Origin: an uncultured Actinomycetes bacterium
GTDB taxonomy: Bacteria > Actinomycetota > Thermoleophilia > Gaiellales > JAICJC01
Assembly: GCA_963825325.1 (NCBI GenBank)
Contig: CAWGSU010000005.1
Span: 119,736 to 183,735 of the forward strand
Length of the DNA stretch: 64,000 nt
Reading direction: 5' to 3'
Shown here: positions 26,801-36,229 of the stretch, piece after piece
Position numbering within the stretch: position 1 is the stretch's first letter
How the letters are laid out: each line of letters starts with the position of its first letter
The notes under the pieces: generated by a model
Told to the model about the DNA's origin: nothing
Seen by the model: only the letters and a program-made list of their open reading frames with translations
Database searches by the model: none
Translations under genes and position numbers: made by a program

Positions 26801-27478
26801 CTACAGCGCGGCGCGCATCTCGCGCGCGAAGGCGAGCACGTGCTCCAGCGCGACCGTGCGGGCGGCCGCGGCGTCGGCGGCCGCGATCGCCTCGAGCAGC
26901 GCGCGATGCTCGGACACGGGGTCCTGCATCGGCGGCAGGCGGTCGAACGTGACGTACCAGATCCGGATCGACATGTTCAGGTAGCGGTCGAGGTCACGCG
27001 CCAGGTACGGGTTACGCGAGCAGCGATGCACGAAGCGGTGGATGCGGGCGTCGAGTTCGATCAGCGACGTCTGGCTGGCCGTGCCCCCGGCCAGGAGCGC
27101 GAGCAGCTCCGCGATCTCGTGCCTGTCGCCGGAGTCGGCCAGCCGCGCCGCCCGCTCGGCCGCGTGCGGCTCGAGCTGCGCGCGCACGTCCGTGATGTCG
27201 GACAGGCTCGTGATGTTCACGCTCGAGGCGAACGTGCCGCGGCGCGGGTAGACGACGATCAGGCCCTCGAGCGCGAGCCGGCGCAGCGCCTCGCGCACCG
27301 GCGTGCGGCCCATGCCGAGGTCGCGTGAGAGGGCGTCCTCGTCGATCGCCGCGCCGGGGGCGATCGCGAGGGTGATCAGCCGGTCGCGCAGCGCCGCGTA
27401 GGCCCGGTCCGAGAGCAGGACGGACTCGTCATCGGCCCGGTCGGATGGGCGCTTGCGTGCGGGCTCAGGCTCTGATAT
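26801..27478 (-). CDS. GntR-family regulator with FCD domain (no canonical start codon found)
   Basis: 'LSDRAYAALRDRLITL...GRTPVREALRRL...YPRRGTF'; frame open to TAG at 27488-27490; first ATG (27313) lies inside the HTH. Confidence 0.8.
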   Translation of the reverse strand: MSEPEPARKRPSDRADDESVLLSDRAYAALRDRLITLAIAPGAAIDEDALSRDLGMGRTPVREALRRLALEGLIVVYPRRGTFASSVNITSLSDITDVRAQLEPHAAERAARLADSGDRHEIAELLALLAGGTASQTSLIELDARIHRFVHRCSRNPYLARDLDRYLNMSIRIWYVTFDRLPPMQDPVSEHRALLEAIAAADAAAARTVALEHVLAFAREMRAAL

Positions 27479-27483
27479 ATCAG
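27472..27483. promoter_or_regulatory. Perfect palindrome CTGATATATCAG, probable GntR operator
   Basis: 12-bp palindrome between the divergent GntR and GcvT-family genes. Confidence 0.65.
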
Positions 27484-27484
27484 T

Positions 27485-27513
27485 TGTCTACCAGATGCGA
27501 GGGGTGCGGGCAA
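27485..27513 (-). promoter_or_regulatory. Putative promoter of the GntR gene
   Basis: TTGCCC-N17-TAGACA on the - strand, with TGG immediately before the -10. Confidence 0.35.
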
Positions 27514-27554
27514 GTCCCGCCGCCCGAGTTGGACGACCGAGGAGGCAGACGCGG

Positions 27555-30074
27555 ATGAGCACGCTACCGGGACGCGCCCGCGCCGTGGTGATCGGGGCCG
27601 GCATCGTCGGCAACAGCGTCGCCTATCACCTGCATCAGCAGGGCTGGACCGATCTCGTCCTCCTCGACAAGGGCCCGTTCCCGAACCCGGGCGGCTCGAC
27701 CGGCCACGCGTCGAACTTCATCTTCCCGGTCGACCACTCCAAGGAGATGACCGCCCTCACCGCCGACAGCGTGCGCCAGTACACCGAGCTCGGCGTGTTC
27801 ACCCAGAGCGGCGGCATCGAGGTCGCCCGCACCGAGGAGCGCATGCAGGAGCTCGCCCGGCGCATGTCCTCGGCGCTCGCCTGGGGGGTCGACGGCGTCT
27901 CGCTCGTGACGCCGGCGCAGATCAAGGAGATGGTGCCGTTTCTCGACGAGAGCATCCTCGTCGGCGGCTTCCACACCGACGGCGTCGGCGTCGTCGACTC
28001 GCTGCGCGCGGGCACGCTCATGCGCGAGCGCGCGCAGGCCGCCGGCGCGCTCACGATCCAGGCGAACACCGAGGTGCTCGGCATCGACGTCGAGCACGGC
28101 GTCGTGCGCAGGGTGCGCACGACGCGCGGCGACATCGAGGCCGAGATCGTGATCATCGCCTGCGGCGTCTGGAGCCCGAAGATCGCGCGCATGGCCGGCG
28201 CCTCGATCCCGCTCACCCCCGCCGTGCACCAGATGATCGACGTCGGCCCCGTGCCGCGCTTTGCCGACGCGAAGTCTCACATCGAGTACCCGATCGTCCG
28301 CGACATGGACACGAACATGTACGAGCGCCAGGACGGCGCCGGCCTCGAGATCGGCTCCTACGCCCACCGGCCGATCCTGCACGACCCCGAGGAGATCCCC
28401 TCGGTCGAGGAGGCGGCGCTCTCGCCGACCGAGTTCCCGTTCACGCAGGCCGACTTCGAGGAGCAGATGGAGCATGCGCTCGAGCTCTGCCCCGAGATCG
28501 TCGGCGACGAGTCGGTGGGCGTGAAGTACGCGATCAACGGCCTGCTCTCGCTCACGCCCGACGGCATGCCGATCCTGGGCGAGACGCCCGAGGTGAGGAA
28601 CCTGTGGTCGGTGGCGGCGGTGTGGGTCAAGGAGGGCCCCGGCGTCGGCAAGTCGGTGGCCGAGTGGATGGTGCACGGCGAGTCCGAGATCGACCTGCAC
28701 TCCTCGGACATCGCCCGCTTCTGGGAGCACCAGAAGACGCGCGCGCACGTCCGCGCCCGGGCGGCCGAGGGCTTCAACAAGACGTACGGGATCGTCCACC
28801 CGGGCGAGCAGTGGGCATCGAACCGCGACGTGCGCCTGGCGCCGTTCCACTCGCGCCAGGTCGAGCTCGGGGCCGAGTTCTTCGAGGCCGCGGGCTGGGA
28901 GCGGCCGCAGTGGTACGGGTCAAACGCGCCCCTCGTCGAGCAGTACGGCGACCGCGTCAACCGGCGCGAGGCCGAGTGGGACGCGCGCTGGTGGTCGCCG
29001 ATCATCAACGCCGAGCACCTGGCCATGCGAGACGGCGCGGGTATGGTCGACCTGAGCGCGTTCACGATCTTCGACATCGCCGGCCCCGGCGCCCTGCAGG
29101 CGGTGCAGAAGGTGGCCATGCGCCAGATGGACGTCCCCACCGGGCGGGTCGTCTACACGCCGGTGCTCTCGCCCGGTGGCGGGTTCAAGGCCGACCTCAC
29201 GATCATGCGCCTGGGCGACGAGCTCTTCCGCGTCGTCACCGGCGGCGCCCACGGGCCGGCCGACCGCAAGTGGTTCTCCGACCGCCTGCCCGATGACGGC
29301 AGCGCCCAGCTGACCGACATCACGTCGGGCTGGACGACGCTCGGCCTGTGGGGGCCGCAGGCGCGCACCATCCTTGCGGCGCTCACCCGCGACGACGTCT
29401 CCCACGACGAGTTCCGGTTCGGCACCTGCCGCACGATCGAGATGGACACGCTGCGCGTGCTGGCGTCGCGCATCTCCTACGTCGGCGATCTCGGCTGGGA
29501 GCTCTACGTGCCGATCGAGGAGGGCCGGCGGCTGTGGGACATGGTCTTCGAGGAGGGCCGCGCGCACGGCCTCGTCCCGGTGGGCATCGGCGTCTACGGC
29601 ACCACCGGCCGGCTCGAGAAGTGCTACCGCGCCTACGGGTTCGAGCTCGAGAGCGAGTACAACGTCGTCGAGGCCGGCATGGCCTGGGGGAAGGTGAAGG
29701 ACGAGGACTTCGTCGGCCGCGAGGCGCACCTGCGCCAGCGCGACGAGGACCCAGCCGCGATCCTGTGCACGCTCACGGTCGACGACCACACGTCGCAGAG
29801 CGGCGTCAAGCGGTACATGCTCGGCCGCGAGCCCATTCTCGGCCTCGACGGCAGCCGCCTGGTCGATCGCAAGGGCCGCGGCGCCTACGTGACGAGCGCC
29901 GGGGCGGGGCCGTCGATCGGCAAGCACATCCTGATGGCCTACCTGCCGCCGGAGCGTGCGGTGGGCGGCGAGCGGCTCCTGGTCGAGTACCTGGGCGAGC
30001 GCTACCCGGTCACCGTCGCCGTGGCCGACGCGACGCCCGTCTTCGATCCCGAGAACACCCGCATCCGCAGCTAG
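27555..30074 (+). CDS. GcvT-family FAD-dependent oxidoreductase (dimethylglycine/sarcosine dehydrogenase-like)
   Basis: 'VIGAGIVG', 'GSTGHASN', 'TPDGMPILG', GcvT_N/C domains 'EAAGWERPQW', 'SRISYVGDLGWE', 'GRLEKCY'; GGAGG RBS. Confidence 0.92.
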   Translation: MSTLPGRARAVVIGAGIVGNSVAYHLHQQGWTDLVLLDKGPFPNPGGSTGHASNFIFPVDHSKEMTALTADSVRQYTELGVFTQSGGIEVARTEERMQELARRMSSALAWGVDGVSLVTPAQIKEMVPFLDESILVGGFHTDGVGVVDSLRAGTLMRERAQAAGALTIQANTEVLGIDVEHGVVRRVRTTRGDIEAEIVIIACGVWSPKIARMAGASIPLTPAVHQMIDVGPVPRFADAKSHIEYPIVRDMDTNMYERQDGAGLEIGSYAHRPILHDPEEIPSVEEAALSPTEFPFTQADFEEQMEHALELCPEIVGDESVGVKYAINGLLSLTPDGMPILGETPEVRNLWSVAAVWVKEGPGVGKSVAEWMVHGESEIDLHSSDIARFWEHQKTRAHVRARAAEGFNKTYGIVHPGEQWASNRDVRLAPFHSRQVELGAEFFEAAGWERPQWYGSNAPLVEQYGDRVNRREAEWDARWWSPIINAEHLAMRDGAGMVDLSAFTIFDIAGPGALQAVQKVAMRQMDVPTGRVVYTPVLSPGGGFKADLTIMRLGDELFRVVTGGAHGPADRKWFSDRLPDDGSAQLTDITSGWTTLGLWGPQARTILAALTRDDVSHDEFRFGTCRTIEMDTLRVLASRISYVGDLGWELYVPIEEGRRLWDMVFEEGRAHGLVPVGIGVYGTTGRLEKCYRAYGFELESEYNVVEAGMAWGKVKDEDFVGREAHLRQRDEDPAAILCTLTVDDHTSQSGVKRYMLGREPILGLDGSRLVDRKGRGAYVTSAGAGPSIGKHILMAYLPPERAVGGERLLVEYLGERYPVTVAVADATPVFDPENTRIRS

Positions 30075-30084
30075 GGTTGCACGC

Positions 30085-30852
30085 GTGCCGCTGAACATCC
30101 TGTGCTGCGTGAAGCGGGTGCCGATGACCGGCGGCCGCATCGTCCTCACCGCCGACGAGCAGGCGATCGAGACCCGCCACCTGGGGTTCACGATCAGCCC
30201 GCATGAGGAGTGCGGCGTCGAGGAGGCCGTGCGCCTGATCGAGCAGCACGGTGGCAGCTCGACGGTGCTGACGCTCGGCCCCGCCGAGGCTGAGGAGCAG
30301 CTGCGCGACTGCATGGCGCTGGGCGTCGACCGGGCGATCCTGCTCCTGGCTGGCGACGAGTTCGACGGCCAGGCCACCGCCGCGGCCATCCTCGAGGCGA
30401 TCGCGGCCGAGCGCGCCGCCGGCACCGAGTACGACCTGATCTTCTTCGGCAACGAGTCGGCCGACGCGGGCGGCTACCAGGTCGGCATCCGCGTGGCCCA
30501 CGCGCTCGGGCGCCCGTGCGTGACCGGGCTGAAGGGCATCGCGCTCGCCGACGGCGGCGTGCGCTGCGAGCAGGAGGTGCCGGGCGGCCGCGACGTCTAC
30601 CAGGTGCCGCTGCCCGCGGTCGTCACCGTCAAGGAGGGGCTGAACCTGCCCCGCTACCCATCGGTGCCCGGGCGCATGCGGGCGAAGCGAAAGCCGCTCG
30701 AGACGCGCACGCCCGAGCGCGCGGCGGCCGGGCTCGAGAAGGTGCGGCTGGTCGTCCCCGAGGGCCAGGGCAAGCAGGCCGAGATCCTCGGCCACGGCCC
30801 CGACGCTGCGCCTGCCGTGGTCGAGATGCTGCGCGGGGCGGGCCTCTTGTGA
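30085..30852 (+). CDS. etfB: Electron transfer flavoprotein beta subunit
   Basis: 'ILCCVKRVP', 'VEEAVRL', 'FFGNESADAG', 'NLPRYPS'. Confidence 0.9.
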   Translation: MPLNILCCVKRVPMTGGRIVLTADEQAIETRHLGFTISPHEECGVEEAVRLIEQHGGSSTVLTLGPAEAEEQLRDCMALGVDRAILLLAGDEFDGQATAAAILEAIAAERAAGTEYDLIFFGNESADAGGYQVGIRVAHALGRPCVTGLKGIALADGGVRCEQEVPGGRDVYQVPLPAVVTVKEGLNLPRYPSVPGRMRAKRKPLETRTPERAAAGLEKVRLVVPEGQGKQAEILGHGPDAAPAVVEMLRGAGLL

Positions 30853-31829
30853 GCGTCCTCGTCCTGGTCGAACATGCCGGCGGCGTCGCCGACGACGTCT
30901 CGCGGCAGGCGCTCACGCTGGCGCGCGGCTACGCCGAGGCGGCGGGCGAGCCCCTCGAGGCCGTGTTGATCGGTGCGGGTGCAGCGGACGCGGCCGCCGG
31001 CCTGGGCGAGCTCGGCGTCACCGCCGCCCACGTCGCCGTCCACGACGGATTCGCGGCCCACGCCCCGCAGGCCTGGGGGCGGACGCTGGCCGGGCTTGTG
31101 GAGCACGGGTCCCCGACGGCGCTGATCGCCCCGGGCAGCGAGCGCGCCACCGAGGCGATGGCCCACGCCGCCGCGATCTGCGATCTGGCGCTCGCGGCCA
31201 ACTGCATCGCCGCCGCCCCGGGCGACCCGGCCACGGTCACGCGCCTGCGCTGGGGCGGGAGCCTGCTCGAGGAGGCGCGCGTGCATGGGCAGACGAAGCT
31301 GCTCACCGTGGCGCCGCACACCGTCGAGGCGACCGCGGCCGCAGCGCCCGTGCAGACGCAGGTCGCGCAGTTCACGCCGGCCCTGTCCGACGCCGACCTG
31401 GTCGTCCGCGTCGTCGAGCAGGCTCAGGCCGAGGCCGGCGGCGGCGTCTCGCTGGCCGACGCCAGGGTGGTTGTGAGCGGCGGCCGCGGCGCCGGCTCGG
31501 CCGAGGGCTTCGCGCCGATCGAGGCGCTGGCCGCGGCGCTCGGCGGCGCGGTCGGCTGCTCGCGCGCGGTGACGATCGCCGGCTGGCGTCCGCACACGGA
31601 CCAGGTCGGCCAGACGGGCACCAAGATCGCGCCCGAGATCTACATCCCCTGCGGCATCAGCGGCGCCACCCAGCACATGGCGGGCTGCAAGGGCGCGAAG
31701 CGAATCCTCGCGATCAACACCGATCCCGAGGCGCCGATCGTCGCAAACGCCGACTACGCCGTGATCGGCGACCTGCACGAGGTGGTCCCGGCCATCACCG
31801 CCGCGATCGCGAAGGCGAGGGGCGGATAG
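30849..31829 (+). CDS. etfA: Electron transfer flavoprotein alpha subunit
   Basis: 'LADARVVVSGGRG', 'GAVGCSRAV', 'QVGQTG', 'GISGATQH', 'AINTDPEAPI'. Confidence 0.92.
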   Translation: MSVLVLVEHAGGVADDVSRQALTLARGYAEAAGEPLEAVLIGAGAADAAAGLGELGVTAAHVAVHDGFAAHAPQAWGRTLAGLVEHGSPTALIAPGSERATEAMAHAAAICDLALAANCIAAAPGDPATVTRLRWGGSLLEEARVHGQTKLLTVAPHTVEATAAAAPVQTQVAQFTPALSDADLVVRVVEQAQAEAGGGVSLADARVVVSGGRGAGSAEGFAPIEALAAALGGAVGCSRAVTIAGWRPHTDQVGQTGTKIAPEIYIPCGISGATQHMAGCKGAKRILAINTDPEAPIVANADYAVIGDLHEVVPAITAAIAKARGG

Positions 31830-31843
31830 ACCCGCTCGCCCTG

Positions 31844-33826
31844 GTGGCGCTGGCGGCCGTGGTGGCGGTGGCTGGCCTGCTCTTCGCCCGCCGGGCGCTC
31901 CTGCTCGTGCGGCTTGTCCGGGCCGCGCAGCCGAGCGACCGCTCGGGCGAGGTGCCGGCCCGGCTGCGCAACGAGGCGGTGATCGCGCTCGGCCAGCGCA
32001 AGCTCCTGCAGCGGCTCGTGCCGGGGCTGATGCACGCCTTCATCTTCTGGGGCTTCATCGTGCTCCTGCCGACGATCGGGATGGCGCTGATCGCGATCGC
32101 CGACCGCGGGCAGACGATCCCGTGGCTCGGCCACCAGGGCTGGTTCGCCCTGCTCGTGGACGTGTTCTGCGTGCTCGTGCTGACCGGCGTCGTGACCGCG
32201 TTTGCGATCCGCAAGATCCAGCGCCCGGCCCGGTTTGCGGGCAGCCACATGGGCGAGGCCGACCTGATCCTCGCCCTGATCGCCGGCATCGTCACCACCC
32301 TGCTTTTGTGGCACGCGTCGCTGATCGCCCTGCATCTGAACGAGTGGCCGGCCGGCTGGTCGCCGGTCTCCCAGGCGCTCTCGCACCTGTTCGGCCACGG
32401 CGCGCACACGCGCGACGCCGAGCGCGTGCTCGTGTGGGCGCACGTCCTGATCGTGCTCTCGTTCCTCGCCTATCTGCCGCGCTCGAAGCACCTGCACATC
32501 GCGACGGCGGTCTTCAACGTCTACTTCGGCCGCACCCGGGCGCGCGGCCGGCTCGAGCCGCTGCGCTTCGACGAGGAGGGGCCCGAGGAGGACATGCGGC
32601 TCGGCGCCGGCACGGTCGCCGACCTGACGTGGAAGCAGGTCGTCGACACCTACTCGTGCACCGAGTGCGGCCGCTGCCAGGACGCCTGCCCGGCGTACGC
32701 GACCGGCAAGGCGCTCTCGCCCAAGCTGCTGATCATGGGTCTGCGCGACCAGGTGTTCGCGGACGGCCCCGGCCTGCTCGCCGCGCGCTCGGCGGGTGAG
32801 GCGGTCGCGGCCCCCGCGCTCGTGCCGAACGCGGTGACCGACGACGTCGTCTGGGACTGCGTCACCTGCGGCGCCTGCGTGCAGGTGTGCCCGGTCTCGA
32901 TCGAGCACGTCGACCACATCGTCGACCTGCGCCGCCACCTGGTCATGGCCGAGGCGCGCTTCCCGGCCGAGGCCGAGCCGATGCTGCGCGACGTCGAGCG
33001 CTCGTCGAACCCGTGGGGCAAGGCCCAGTCCGACCGCGCGGCGTGGGCCGAGGGGCTGGACGTGCGGGTGCTCGAGCCGGGCGACACGCCGCCCGAGGTG
33101 CTCTACTGGGTCGGCTGCGCCGCGTCGTTCGACGAGCGCGCCCGCGCCTCGGCCGAGTCGACTGCAAAGCTCCTGCAGGCCGCGGGCGTCGACTTCGCGA
33201 TCCTCGGCCCGCGCGAGGCCTGCACGGGCGATCCCGCCCGGCGGATGGGCAACGAGTACGTCTTCCAGGCCTTCGCCGAGCAGAACGTCGAGACGCTCAA
33301 CTCCTCCGGCGTGAAGAAGATCGTGACCTCGTGCCCGCACTGCTTCAACACCCTCGGCAACGAGTACCCGGACTTCGGTGGCAGCTACGAGGTCGTGCAC
33401 CACTCCGAGCTGCTCGCAGAGCTCGTGCGCGACGGCCGGCTCGCCCCGGCCGCGGGCGCCGAGCGGATCACCTACCACGACTCCTGCTACCTCGCCCGCC
33501 ACAACGACGTGCTGGCCGAGCCGCGCGCACTTATCGCGGCGGTGGGGCAGCCGGTCGAGATGGAGCGCAGCGGCAGGGGCACGTTCTGCTGCGGCGCAGG
33601 CGGCGCGCACATGTGGATGGAGGAGCGCGGCGGCGCCATCAACGAGGAGCGCGTGCGCCAGGCGGCCGAGACGGGGGCCGAGACGCTCGCGGTGGCGTGC
33701 CCGTACTGCACGATCATGCTCGACGACGGCGTGCGCACGTCGGGGCGCGACCTGCGCGTGGCCGACGTGGCGACGCTGCTTGCGGAGTCGATCGAGGGCG
33801 CTGCGGCGGGCGAGCCCGAGGCGTAG
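31844..33826 (+). CDS. Membrane Fe-S oxidoreductase (NarI-like TM + 4Fe-4S + CCG domains; FadF/EtfD-like)
   Basis: TM N-terminal region with His residues; 'CTECGRCQDACP', 'CVTCGACVQVCP', 'WVGCAAS', 'TSCPHC', 'YHDSCY', 'CCGAGG', 'ACPYC'. Confidence 0.9.
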   Translation: MALAAVVAVAGLLFARRALLLVRLVRAAQPSDRSGEVPARLRNEAVIALGQRKLLQRLVPGLMHAFIFWGFIVLLPTIGMALIAIADRGQTIPWLGHQGWFALLVDVFCVLVLTGVVTAFAIRKIQRPARFAGSHMGEADLILALIAGIVTTLLLWHASLIALHLNEWPAGWSPVSQALSHLFGHGAHTRDAERVLVWAHVLIVLSFLAYLPRSKHLHIATAVFNVYFGRTRARGRLEPLRFDEEGPEEDMRLGAGTVADLTWKQVVDTYSCTECGRCQDACPAYATGKALSPKLLIMGLRDQVFADGPGLLAARSAGEAVAAPALVPNAVTDDVVWDCVTCGACVQVCPVSIEHVDHIVDLRRHLVMAEARFPAEAEPMLRDVERSSNPWGKAQSDRAAWAEGLDVRVLEPGDTPPEVLYWVGCAASFDERARASAESTAKLLQAAGVDFAILGPREACTGDPARRMGNEYVFQAFAEQNVETLNSSGVKKIVTSCPHCFNTLGNEYPDFGGSYEVVHHSELLAELVRDGRLAPAAGAERITYHDSCYLARHNDVLAEPRALIAAVGQPVEMERSGRGTFCCGAGGAHMWMEERGGAINEERVRQAAETGAETLAVACPYCTIMLDDGVRTSGRDLRVADVATLLAESIEGAAAGEPEA

Positions 33827-33859
33827 CCCGGCCGGTCAGGCCGCGAGTCCGCCGGGCGT

Positions 33860-36127
33860 CTACGCGGCCTCGGCGCCGGCCAGCAGGCCGGCGATCGCGT
33901 CGAACGGAAGCGGGCGGCCCAGGTAGAAGCCCTGCACCCCGTCGCATTCGAGCGCATGCAGAGCGTCCCAGTCGGCGGCGGTCTCGACGCCCTCGGCGAT
34001 CACGCGCAGGCCGAGGGCGTGCGCGAGGCGGACCGTCGAGTCCACGATCGTCGTCGCGCGGGCGCTGCGCGAGAGGCCGGTCACGACCGAGCGGTCGAGC
34101 TTGAGCGAGTCGACGTCGAGCTCGCGCAGGTACTGGAGCGACGAGAACCCGGTGCCGTAGTCGTCGATCGAGACGGCGACGCCCAGTGCGCGCAGGCCGG
34201 CGATCAGGCTCTGCGCCCGGGTCTTGTCGGCCACGACCGTCTCCTCCGTGATCTCGATCTCGAGCGCCGAGCCGGGCAGGCAGGCGACCGAGAGCAGCCG
34301 CTCGATGTCGCGGGCGAGTCTCGCGTCGAGGATCGCCACGGCCGGCACGTTCACGGCGACGGTCAGATCGGGATAGTGCTGGCGCAGGTCGGCCAGGTCG
34401 TTGAGCGCGCGCGCCAGGACGACGAGCGTCAGGTCGTACATGAGCCCGGCGTCGGCCGCGAGCGGCAGGAAGTCGGCGGGTGGCAACAGCGTGCCGTCGG
34501 CGCGCGGCCAGCGCACGAGCGCCTCGAACCCGAAGACGACGCTCGACCTGAGGTTCGCCTTGGGCTGGTAGTAGACCTCGAGCGCGTGCGCGGCGATCGC
34601 CTGGCGCAGCTCCTCGGTCATGCGCAGGCGGCTCGTCCCCGGATCGTGTTGCTCCCGGTAGACCTCGAATCCGGTGTGCCCCCGCTTGGCCGCGTACATC
34701 GCGACGTCGGCGCGGCGCAGGAGCTCCGGCGCGGTGTCGTCGCCGGTGGCGATGGCGATGCCGACGCTGGCGGAGACGCTGATGCTGATGCCCTGGACGG
34801 CGAAGTCGGCGCGGAGCACCTCGCCGAGCCGGCGCGCGAACACCACCGCACCGTCCTGGTCGCAGCCTCGCACGAGCACCCCGAACTCGTCGCCGCCGAG
34901 GCGGGCGAGCACGTCGTCGGGGCGCACGAGCCGCGAGAAGCGATCGGCGACGGCCCGCAGCAGGATGTCGCCGGCGGCGTGTCCGAGGGCGTCGTTCACC
35001 TCCTTGAAGCCGTCCAGGTCGACCATGAGCATGGCGAACCGCTCGCGCCGCGAGCAGGCCGCGCGCATCGCCGTCCACAGCCGGCGGCGGTTGCCGAGCC
35101 CGGTCAGGTCGTCGGTGACCGCGAGCTTGCGGGCGAATTCGAGGCCGGCGTTCTCGTTGGCGGTCCAGAGCAGCCGCAGCATGGCCGCGGCGACCGCGCC
35201 GGTCGCAAGGGTGCGCGCGAGCACGGGCGCCTCGCCCGCGACGCCGGCCACCAGCGTGCCGAGGGCGATGGTCGAGAAGGCGACGGTCGGCACCTGCGCC
35301 CGCCACTCGGCGATCGTGTGGTGCGGGCGCCGCGTTGTCGGCAGCCATGCCGCGACCGTGACCGTGGCCACCGCGAGGCTCCACAGCACCCCGACGATCA
35401 GCATCAGGGATGCGGCATCCACCCCGGCGGGGTTCATCGAGGTCAGGAGGTCGGCGGCCGACTGCACGGCGAGGCCGCCGGCGATCGCGATCCATGCCAC
35501 GCCCGGCCGCCACGAGAAGAGCGCGAACGTGCCCAGCGCGCCGGCGGCCAGCACGATGTCGCCCACGACATAGGCGTGCAGCGTCAGCGCGCCGAGGATC
35601 GAGCCGGCATGGGCGACCGCCGGCGGGTCGAGCGCCGTCCACACGCCGGCGATGCTCAGCGTTGCGACCAGGCCGTCGATCCACAGGCTGGGCCGGAAGC
35701 CGATCGCGCGATTACGGATGAGCAGCCCCAGGGCGAGGAACATCATCGGGTACTCGGCCAGGTAGAAGAGGTCGGCCGCCGACGGCACCGGCGGGTTCGA
35801 CGGGTCTGCGAACACGAGCACGCAGTAGACGTTGCCGCAGATCAGAAGCACGACTGACGCGGCGACTGCGAGCCAGGCCGCCCGCTCCGAGTGCGTCCGC
35901 CGTACCCGCTCGACGACGAGGCCGACCGCCATGAGCGGCACGACCAGGGCGCCGACGAGGTTCGCCGCGGCGGCGAGGCCGGCCGCCGCCATGGCGGCCT
36001 GGGCGACGACCGTCGTGACCATGAACAGCAGGCCGACGCGGACGGGTCGGGGGATCAAGGCGAGGGCCGGGTGGGACGCGCGCTGCACCACCCTCCTAAC
36101 GTTCGGCGGCCGCGTGGACGGGTGCAT
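33860..36127 (-). CDS. Membrane-anchored GGDEF-EAL protein
   Basis: About nine TM helices; 'RPDD' I-site, 'GGDEF'; 'FEALVRW', 'DDYGTGFSSL'; start could be 36091 or 36088. Confidence 0.9.
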   Translation of the reverse strand: MHPSTRPPNVRRVVQRASHPALALIPRPVRVGLLFMVTTVVAQAAMAAAGLAAAANLVGALVVPLMAVGLVVERVRRTHSERAAWLAVAASVVLLICGNVYCVLVFADPSNPPVPSAADLFYLAEYPMMFLALGLLIRNRAIGFRPSLWIDGLVATLSIAGVWTALDPPAVAHAGSILGALTLHAYVVGDIVLAAGALGTFALFSWRPGVAWIAIAGGLAVQSAADLLTSMNPAGVDAASLMLIVGVLWSLAVATVTVAAWLPTTRRPHHTIAEWRAQVPTVAFSTIALGTLVAGVAGEAPVLARTLATGAVAAAMLRLLWTANENAGLEFARKLAVTDDLTGLGNRRRLWTAMRAACSRRERFAMLMVDLDGFKEVNDALGHAAGDILLRAVADRFSRLVRPDDVLARLGGDEFGVLVRGCDQDGAVVFARRLGEVLRADFAVQGISISVSASVGIAIATGDDTAPELLRRADVAMYAAKRGHTGFEVYREQHDPGTSRLRMTEELRQAIAAHALEVYYQPKANLRSSVVFGFEALVRWPRADGTLLPPADFLPLAADAGLMYDLTLVVLARALNDLADLRQHYPDLTVAVNVPAVAILDARLARDIERLLSVACLPGSALEIEITEETVVADKTRAQSLIAGLRALGVAVSIDDYGTGFSSLQYLRELDVDSLKLDRSVVTGLSRSARATTIVDSTVRLAHALGLRVIAEGVETAADWDALHALECDGVQGFYLGRPLPFDAIAGLLAGAEAA

Positions 36128-36229
36128 GCCGAATGCGGTGCGTCGGCCTCCCCAGCCTGCGGTACCCGCGTTCGCCGGCGCCCCCGGGGACGCGGCTCAG
36201 CCGTCCTCACCCGATGGGGTGATGCACTT

